Program-made: the position numbers and the translations under genes
The notes under the pieces: model-generated
What the model was told of the DNA's origin: nothing
Databases searched by the model: none
The model's input: the letters and a program-made list of their open reading frames with translations, nothing else
Virus record (IMG/VR): IMGVR_UViG_3300021519_000001
Location: 1 to 60,977 of that record
Direction: 5' to 3' (one strand)
DNA from: a virus
Lineage: Duplodnaviria; Caudoviricetes
DNA: 60,977 nucleotides
Shown here: piece after piece, positions 47,094 to 54,800 of the stretch
How positions within the stretch are numbered: position 1 is the stretch's first letter
Layout: the number at the start of each line of letters is the position of its first letter

Positions 47094-48050
47094 ATGGCTC
47101 ACATGATCGACACAACAACAGGCACCGCAGCAATAGCGTATTCAGGGCTCACACCTTGGCACTCACTAGGGCAACAGCTAACAGCAGGCGCGACAATTCA
47201 GGAATGGACACAACAGGCAGGCCTTGCCTATGATGTGCTTGAGAGTCCCGTTTTATTTAAAACATTGTCCACAAGTGCCCCCCAAGCATGGGCGGATCGA
47301 AAAGTTTTGCATCGGAGCGATACGGGCGCGCCCTTGGCTGTAGTTTCACGCGGGTATAACGTAGTGCAGCCCGCGCAAGTAATGGGGTTTTTTAGTAAGC
47401 TTGTGGATCTTGGCGGGTTCACTATGGAAACCGCGGGCGCTTTAAGTTATGGCCGGAGAGTTTGGGCCTTGGCTAAGGTTAACGAGGGGGCCGATATCGT
47501 AGAAGGCGATACAGTGCGCCCTTATGTTTTGCTTGGCACGTCATACGATGGAACCATGGCCACAATTGCCAAGTTCACCAGTGTTCGCGTGGTATGCAAT
47601 AACACAATTACAGCAGCAATAAACAGCGGTGAATCGCAAATTAGGGTTTTGCACAGTGAGCGCTTTGACGCGGATGATGTCCGGCTGCAGCTAGGAATCG
47701 TCGCGAATCAGTGGGAGCGGTTCCTAGTGCAATCCCGCAAGTTAGCCGGTGAAAGTATGACGGCCGAACAGGCGGACGAATTTGTAACCGAATTATTGAA
47801 GCCCTATCACACCGGCAAAATTGAGATTAAAGACAGTCGCGCATTCAAGCGAATTATTGAATTATTTAACGGGCGCGCCATTGGTTCCGATATTGTGGGC
47901 GTGGCCGGCACGCGGTGGGCGGCCTTGAATGCTGTAACTGAATTGGTGGATCATGAGCGCGGACGATCTGACAATACCCGCATTGAATCTGCTTGGTTTG
48001 GAACCGGTGCAGCTCTTAAAAATAGGGCCCTTGAATTGCTCTCGGGTTAA
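47094..48050 (+). CDS. DUF932 family phage/plasmid protein
   Basis: PWH.LG, Y.VVQP, ETAG.L..G..VW.L, S.DG, RVVCNNT, W...NAVTE..DH. Confidence 0.88.
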   Translation: MAHMIDTTTGTAAIAYSGLTPWHSLGQQLTAGATIQEWTQQAGLAYDVLESPVLFKTLSTSAPQAWADRKVLHRSDTGAPLAVVSRGYNVVQPAQVMGFFSKLVDLGGFTMETAGALSYGRRVWALAKVNEGADIVEGDTVRPYVLLGTSYDGTMATIAKFTSVRVVCNNTITAAINSGESQIRVLHSERFDADDVRLQLGIVANQWERFLVQSRKLAGESMTAEQADEFVTELLKPYHTGKIEIKDSRAFKRIIELFNGRAIGSDIVGVAGTRWAALNAVTELVDHERGRSDNTRIESAWFGTGAALKNRALELLSG

Positions 48051-48318
48051 CCATAAAACGGGAGGGGCGATATTATATCGCTTTTCCCTCTGTAAGGTTA
48101 TGCAAAATTTGCATAAAGTGGCCGGTAAAGTAAACCCTATAAACTAGGCCCTCGGCCCCTGCTGATCGACGCGTCAATCGTGGCGCATGGACCACGGCCC
48201 GCGCTCTGCGGGCCGTGGTTTTTGTTCTTTGGGCCGTGGCCCATGGCCCGCGGGCCGTTAGGCCCGCGGGGTTTTTCTCTCTGCTGCCGGTTTTGTTTTC
48301 TTTGATTTTTTCCCTTGA

Positions 48319-48347
48319 ATGGTGGTGGCGGGGGTGGGTGGGCCCGC
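48319..48347 (+). repeat. G-rich 29-nt direct repeat, copy 1
   Basis: ATGGTGGTGGCGGGGGTGGGTGGGCCCGC identical to 50063-50091. Confidence 0.9.
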
Positions 48348-48369
48348 TGATCTTTTTTTGTTTTATTTG

Positions 48370-48397
48370 TTGCAATCGGCTGGCGCAGTGCTATAAT
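48370..48397 (+). promoter_or_regulatory. Early sigma70-like promoter
   Basis: TTGCAA-16 nt-TATAAT with TG extension. Confidence 0.75.
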
Positions 48398-48425
48398 TTA
48401 GGCTCAACTTAGAAAGGATAGAGAG

Positions 48426-48608
48426 ATGACCGATCAGGAAAAAATTGATTTGCTTGGCGAGGCCTTGAACAATCTTATGCAGTCCGCTGACACTTACATT
48501 GTCGATGGATCTTGGATTGATGAATTGACCCTTGACATTGAAACCGCTAGGGCTTTGCTTAAGAGCATGCCGCCTAAGTCTTGGAACGTGGAGAACTCAA
48601 ATGATTGA
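48426..48608 (+). CDS. Early hypothetical protein
   Basis: 60 aa, AGAAAGGATAGAG RBS. Confidence 0.7.
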   Translation: MTDQEKIDLLGEALNNLMQSADTYIVDGSWIDELTLDIETARALLKSMPPKSWNVENSND

Positions 48609-48798
48609 TGACGCAGATATCCCCCGTTTGGCCGTGCACGTTTCCCGTTGTTGCGAATGGGATGGCGAAGACATTTGCGCCGTGTTCCTTGAAGCTTTGA
48701 CCGATGCTAATTTCCATTCATTAAGGGAAATATTAGAAGAGACAATCAAAAAAGAATTTCAGGAACATGTGTACAAACCCAGTAAAACCGATGTATAA
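48601..48798 (+). CDS. Early hypothetical protein
   Basis: ATG 48601 after GGAG; WDG..I......ALTDANFH. Confidence 0.65.
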   Translation: MIDDADIPRLAVHVSRCCEWDGEDICAVFLEALTDANFHSLREILEETIKKEFQEHVYKPSKTDV

Positions 48799-48852
48799 TT
48801 CAACTGTCTAATCGGCCGATTAGATACAACCCTAGAAAGAAGAGAGAACGCA

Positions 48853-49302
48853 ATGAGCAACCCAGTAACACCCTTCCGCAATAATCTGTTTGCATCCCGT
48901 GGCATGGATATCCAGTCCGCACTGGACTATGCAGAGATGATGATTAATACTTTAAGTTCCACTGATCAAGTGGCCGTCCGGACTGCATTCGGTGTTGTGA
49001 TCAACACCATCGAAAGTGCAGTGACCCAGTCCCAAGGCCCGAGCCCCGAAAAGTTGGCCATCATTGCTTTGATCGATGAACGGATCGACGCGCACAAATT
49101 GATCCGCGAAGATGCCATCGGTGATGTTGTCGATGCCCACATCGATAACCTTGATGACAAGATCAGTGACTGGATGTCAAATAACTTTGATGTCACCGAT
49201 TACAACGTGGACGATGCGATTGAATCGTGGATGGAAAATAACCTAGACGAGAAAGTAAGCGAAGCAATTGGTAATGTTGAATTTAATGTTACTGTTCGTT
49301 AA
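48853..49302 (+). CDS. Early acidic hypothetical protein
   Basis: 149 aa, D/E-rich C-terminal half with short repeats (W.M.NN). Confidence 0.75.
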   Translation: MSNPVTPFRNNLFASRGMDIQSALDYAEMMINTLSSTDQVAVRTAFGVVINTIESAVTQSQGPSPEKLAIIALIDERIDAHKLIREDAIGDVVDAHIDNLDDKISDWMSNNFDVTDYNVDDAIESWMENNLDEKVSEAIGNVEFNVTVR

Positions 49303-49365
49303 TACGTGATATAATCCATGCACTGGGTCAACCGATCCAGTGCAACTTTAGAAAGAAGAGAGATC

Positions 49366-49827
49366 ATGAACCGCAAGACAAATCCATTGATCAACGCGAT
49401 CAATAATGCAACAGAACAGTCCCGCAAAGAGGGACACAATTTAATCGCTAGAGCTAAAATCCTAGATGAAGCACGTATGAAAATCAGAGTGAATTACTCT
49501 GGGGTTTTCAAGGATCTAGATTTGAGCGTGCATAACTTGTTTGTTCGTACAAGTTATTACAAGCCCACAATTACTGTGAACATGAATGCTTTGGAATCAT
49601 TCAAAGACACCCAGTTACTGGGCCTGCTTGAATTCTTTTCAAGCAAGACCGAAAAGGTTACAACCCGTGATTGGGCTAACTATTTAAACAGGGATTACAG
49701 TTTTGAACTGGACGATGTGCTTGTCAACATTTCTGCATACGTTCGGACCGATAGCCCAACCTGCAGAAAAGTACAGACAGGAATTAAGGTTGAAGAGATC
49801 CCCCAGTACGAACTGGTCTGTGACTAG
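49366..49827 (+). CDS. Early hypothetical protein
   Basis: ATG 49366 after AGAAAGAAGAGAG; DS.TC.KV..G...Y...C C-terminus. Confidence 0.75.
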   Translation: MNRKTNPLINAINNATEQSRKEGHNLIARAKILDEARMKIRVNYSGVFKDLDLSVHNLFVRTSYYKPTITVNMNALESFKDTQLLGLLEFFSSKTEKVTTRDWANYLNRDYSFELDDVLVNISAYVRTDSPTCRKVQTGIKVEEIPQYELVCD

Positions 49828-50000
49828 ACCGGCCGGACCGGTCCGGCCGGTCTGGTTTGTTCACCAGTAAGCGCTGGTCTAGCTTGTATGTACATACAAG
49901 CTAGAAATCACAAACAAGAAGGCAGCCGAACTGGCTGCCTTTTTTGTCAGCCGTCACTCTACCCTACTGGGTAGAGTATCACAGGGCCCGAGGGCCCTGT
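49826..50000. repeat. Cluster of palindromes/hairpins
   Basis: Perfect 28-bp palindromes at 49826-49853 and 49878-49905; hairpins at 49863-49878, 49956-49977, 49981-50000. Confidence 0.9.
49919..49945 (+). terminator. Rho-independent terminator ending early region
   Basis: AAGGCAGCC-GAACT-GGCTGCCTTTTTT. Confidence 0.85.
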
Positions 50001-50062
50001 AGCCCTAGCATACTATCCTTACGCGCGCCTTACGCTTTCCCTTTTTCTATTATTCTTCCCTC

Positions 50063-50091
50063 ATGGTGGTGGCGGGGGTGGGTGGGCCCGC
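50063..50091 (+). repeat. G-rich 29-nt direct repeat, copy 2
   Basis: Identical to 48319-48347. Confidence 0.9.
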
Positions 50092-50289
50092 GTGTACCTC
50101 TTGTCTACGTATAGGGATGACTTTAGTTAGAGGGGGAGGGCCATAAACAGCCCGTCAAGCGCAGCCGAAACCTTCGCCCTGTTTCTGCCAAATTTAGAAC
50201 CTTTTTAAACTTGGTCTCCCCAAAACACCCCCCTTGTTGTTTTAAATGCAATCAGGGGTTATATTTATGCAAATTTCAAAACGTGGCCT

Positions 50290-51759
50290 ATGCACTCTAC
50301 AAAACCCGATGACGTACAAGACGAACAGCTTCGCCTAGAGCTACGCTTAAAACTCTTGGAGGCGCAGGAACGTGCAACCACTGATTTCCTGTCTTTCTGT
50401 CAATACGTCTGGCCCGAGATGCTTGTTGGGGAACACCACAAACGTATCGCCAAGGCCCTTGATCGTGTAATAACCGGCGAGTGCAAACGCCTGATGATTG
50501 CGATGCCTCCCCGTCATGGCAAGTCCCAGCTTGGCAGCTACCTGTTCCCGGCGTATCTTATGGGTAGAAACCCTGACACCAAACTTATTGTCGGCTCCCA
50601 CACCGCGGAGCTTGCTCAACGCTTTGGTAGGATGATCCGTAACCTTGTTGACGACGAGAAATACAAAGAGTTGTTCCCAAAGATGGCCCTGTCAGTTGAC
50701 AGTAAGGCTGCCGGTCGGTGGAACACGTCTCAAGGCGGTGAAGCGTTTTTTATTGGTAAGGGCGGTGCGATGACGGGCCGTGGTGGTAATGTTGTTGTAC
50801 TTGACGATATTTTGGACGAGCAGGATGCTGTGTCTGAAACTGCGATGGAGAACACGTGGGAGTGGTACACGTCCGGTCCTCGCCAGCGTTTGCAACCGGG
50901 CGGTGCAATCATTGTCATTAATACTCGGTGGAAGACCGACGACCTTTCTGGCCGCTTGCTCAAGCAGCAGGGCTATTTAAAGTCAGACCAGTGGGAGGTG
51001 TTGGAGTTCCCTGCCATTTTGCCTAGTGGTAAACCCTTGTGGCCCGATTACTGGAGCCTTGATGAGTTAGAAAAAGTCAAGGTATCTATTGGTTTGAAGA
51101 AGTGGAACGCCCAGTGGCAGCAGCAGCCAACGAATGATGAAGGTGCGATCCTGAAGCGTAACTGGTGGCGCAAGTGGAAGTACGATGATCCACCAGAGTG
51201 TGAGTATCTGATTCAGGTATACGACACGGCGTACTCAAAGAAAGAGACTGCTGACTTCTCTGTTATTAGTACGTGGGGCGTGTTCTATCCTGATGCTGAC
51301 TCTGGTGCAAATTTGATGCTGCTTAATGTGCGCAAAGGCCGTTGGGATTTTCCTGAGCTAAAGCGCATGGCTAAAGATGAATACATGTATTGGAAGCCGG
51401 ACAATGTTTTGATTGAGGCAAAAGCTACTGGCACGCCCTTGCAGCAGGAACTGCGTAAAATGGGTATTCCTGTCACGATGTTCTCCCCGGGCGGCCGTAG
51501 GTCTGGTCAGGACAAAGTCAGCCGCGCCAATGCCGTGGCCCCGCTCCTTGAGTCTGGAATGATCTGGTATCCAGAGGGACAGGAGTGGGCCGAGGACCTT
51601 GTAGAGGAATGTGCGGCTTTTCCTAATGGGAACAATGACGACCAAGTGGATACTGCGGTGATGGCTTGGACAAGATTTCGTGCGGGTAACTTTATTGCGT
51701 TGGACACGGATGATAATGAAGAAGACGAGCCGGATACAACACCTGTTGAGTATTATTGA
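50290..51759 (+). CDS. terL: Terminase large subunit
   Basis: MPPRHGKS Walker A, LDD Walker B, DTA...AD.S, IE.KA.G, FP.G..DDQVD. Confidence 0.95.
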   Translation: MHSTKPDDVQDEQLRLELRLKLLEAQERATTDFLSFCQYVWPEMLVGEHHKRIAKALDRVITGECKRLMIAMPPRHGKSQLGSYLFPAYLMGRNPDTKLIVGSHTAELAQRFGRMIRNLVDDEKYKELFPKMALSVDSKAAGRWNTSQGGEAFFIGKGGAMTGRGGNVVVLDDILDEQDAVSETAMENTWEWYTSGPRQRLQPGGAIIVINTRWKTDDLSGRLLKQQGYLKSDQWEVLEFPAILPSGKPLWPDYWSLDELEKVKVSIGLKKWNAQWQQQPTNDEGAILKRNWWRKWKYDDPPECEYLIQVYDTAYSKKETADFSVISTWGVFYPDADSGANLMLLNVRKGRWDFPELKRMAKDEYMYWKPDNVLIEAKATGTPLQQELRKMGIPVTMFSPGGRRSGQDKVSRANAVAPLLESGMIWYPEGQEWAEDLVEECAAFPNGNNDDQVDTAVMAWTRFRAGNFIALDTDDNEEDEPDTTPVEYY

Positions 51760-51804
51760 AATGCCGCATAAAATGTCTTGAATATTTGACGAGGACCTCG
51801 GACC

Positions 51805-54800
51805 ATGGCCCAACAGACGTTTGAAGAGATAGTTGCTGCTGTAAAGCAAGCGGAGAGCCGCGGCAAGCGCTACAAGGATGACGGTAAAACTCTGACCACC
51901 AGTCCCAAGGGTGCCCTTGGTGAGATGCAGGTCATGCCCAAGACCATTACAAATCCCGGCTTTGGTGTAACCCCTGCTAAGGATAAGTCCCCGGACGAGA
52001 TTGCGCGTGTAGGTCGTGACTATTTGCAGGCCATGAAGCAAAAGTATGGTGATACGGACAAAGCTTTGGTTGCGTATAACATGGGCCCGGGAGCCACGGA
52101 CAAATGGTTAGCTGCTGGTGCTGATCCAAAGAAACTGCCGGAAGAAACCAGAACGTATGTTCAGCGCGTCAATGGATTGCTTGGCGGAAATGTTTCACGT
52201 GAAACATCTGTTGCAAAGACAGAACCTACTCCTGCCGAAGAGATCATGACCAAGGCCCTTCCTGCGGGGACCACGGCCCAAGCTATGCCAAAAGACGAAG
52301 TCAAGACTTTGGCAAAGATGGATGTCAAGGAAATGCCTGCCAGTTATCAAGCCGCTTTTGCTTTAGCGGCTTTGGCAGATGCGCAGGACGAAGAAGACGA
52401 CAGGGTATACAACGAGAACAAGGGCACGGAAACGGAAGCTTTCTTTGCCAACTACAAGCCTGTCAATCATTTGGCATCGCTTGATTTAAGCGTCAAACCT
52501 TTAACGTTCAAAGAAGGTGGGGAAGTAGATGCTGAAGATTTAAGCAAACCATCCTTTGGCAATCCTAATATCAGAAAGCAAGGCGAGGCAGCAAGGAGAC
52601 TTGCTGCTTTGCGGGATGTCAACACATTACCCGACCCTAAAACATATGCCGTAGCTTCTGGTCTGATGGGCACGGCCCCTGATCAGATGGGGTTCAGTGT
52701 GATGCATCCTAAGTACAAAGAGATTATGGATGTAGCCAATCCTGCTTTTGCGGCGGGTACAGCGCTGCAAATTGCCCCTGTTGCACAGGGTCCCGGCATG
52801 GGACGTATGGTGGGTGCAGCGGAAAAAGCTTTGGAGCCAGCGGTGCGTAGGACGCTGGAAGGTGGAGGTAAGGCTTCGCAAATGTTGCAAGATTTGGCGG
52901 CTCCTCCTTCGCAAATGTTTGTTCGTGCAAGGCCGGAAGCAGCAGCGCGGCACGCGGACCTGCAGGCGCAAGGCTTGTCACCAGAACAAATCCGTGCGCA
53001 GAATTTAACTTTGGTTGATAACCGCGGTAATTTGCTGGAAGAGATCAGTGATGCGCCGGCAGTTTTGCAGCAAAAGACTGCCTCTGTTCCACGTATGTAC
53101 TACGATATGTTAAAGCATCCCGAACTTCAAAGCATTTATCCAGCATATGACATGCCTGATGTGCGGATAGGAACAACAAGGCGCAAAAATGCCCCGTTAG
53201 CTGCGGCGTCTTTTGGGGAGAAAGAAGGAATTCAAGGAACAGTGCGTAGTTTGCCGGGTGATGATGTTAGGGGCACGGTCCGCGGAACTTTATTGCACGA
53301 GGGCCAGCATGCAATCCAGTCCATGGAAGGCTTTACAGAGGGTGCAAACCCTAGTTCTTTTGTTGCTTACGTTAAAGCAAAGCGCGGTATATACGATGCT
53401 GATCCTACGGTCAACGAAAATGTTATTCGAGAAATGGAGAGGGTGTATCCAAATTTGTCTGACATTACAGACAGGATAGGGCAGGATCTTAAAGCTAGGT
53501 ATGGCAAAGTTTTTCCTTCAGACAAACGCATGGGAGAAGCTTTGTACAGGCACATGCCGGGGGAGGTGCAGGCAGAGTTGGCTCGTATTCGCAGTAACTT
53601 GACGCCGGACGAGCTTAAAGCAACGCCGCTTGAAGTGTCTATGCAGCAATTAAATATTAATCCTGCCAATATTTTAGAAATGAACAAAATGGGTTCACGC
53701 CTTGACAGGCAGATTGGTGATCTGGAATATGATGTTTATGGCTACGCGCAAGGCGGTCCTGTGTATCGTGCAGATGGCAGTCCTGAAGAAGGCGAGCGCA
53801 AGTTAGACCGTGAAACAATGGATATGTTGCGCAGGCAAGGTACATCTCCTGCGTCGTTACAACGAGTGGCTCCTCCTGCTGACATAAGTTCTTCTGCGGC
53901 AGGTTTGCCCGGATTGATGTTGTTTGCCGATCCACGCATTGACCAGACTAATGCGTATGGCTACATGTTGGATGGTGGGGATGATACAAAAAACCGTGCC
54001 ATGGCTCAGGCAATGTTTTTAAACAAAAGTAGATCAGAAGACTACCCCGATACGATTGCGCATGAAACAGAACATTTGTTGGCACGTCAGAATTTAGGAT
54101 CTGCGGCTAATATTAATAGTAAGTTTGATGAGTTGATAGGGAATAAGGGCACTTCTCGTCTTAATTTTGTTAGAGACGCCGTTAAAGCTGCCCCTTACTT
54201 AAAAGAAAAATACGACCTGCAGTCTAGCTATCTTGATCCAAAAATGTTTGAGTATCAATCTAAATTTGGTTTGGGCAAAAACCTTTTGTATGAGCAATTG
54301 GCTTCTTTAGCTGCGTTGGAGCAGCGCCACAAGATAGATTTGACCAAAGATCCGGAGTTGCGTAAGACTTTGTTCTCACGTCCCGATGTCCGCGAGACGT
54401 ATAACGCCCTTACTGGTCTGCGTCAAACGCGCCTAGACCCACGGGACTTGCCCCCACACACACGCGTACCTGAACCCGGCATGTTAGATGCAGTTAAAAA
54501 GGTTTTTAAGCGTGCCGATGGCGGGATGGTGTACCGCGCAGACGGAAGTCCTGAAGAAGGCGAGCGTTTGACCCCGCAGCAGATAGAACGAATCGCGGCC
54601 CAAGAATCAGCAGAGCGTGAAGCAGCAAGCAATGCTGCATTTATTGCGCAGAAGTCCGGTATTGGTCGCAAGGCAGGCCCTGTTTCTCAAGCGTTGCAGT
54701 CTGGTCAGGGGCAGATAGAGTTTCTTAAAGGCATGACCAACGTACCGCAGAATATTTTGGGTGCGCCGATGGATATTTCCAACATGATTGCCGGCATATA

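Noticed and set aside
48073-48412. ORFs 48073-48375 (-) and 48215-48412 (+)
   Set aside because: Low-complexity translations of a repeat/promoter region without credible starts.
44698-49362. Repeated AGAAAGGATAGAG as a CRISPR or integron-like array
   Set aside because: Repeats are short, degenerate, irregularly spaced, non-palindromic and always sit at RBS positions; no cas or integrase genes seen.
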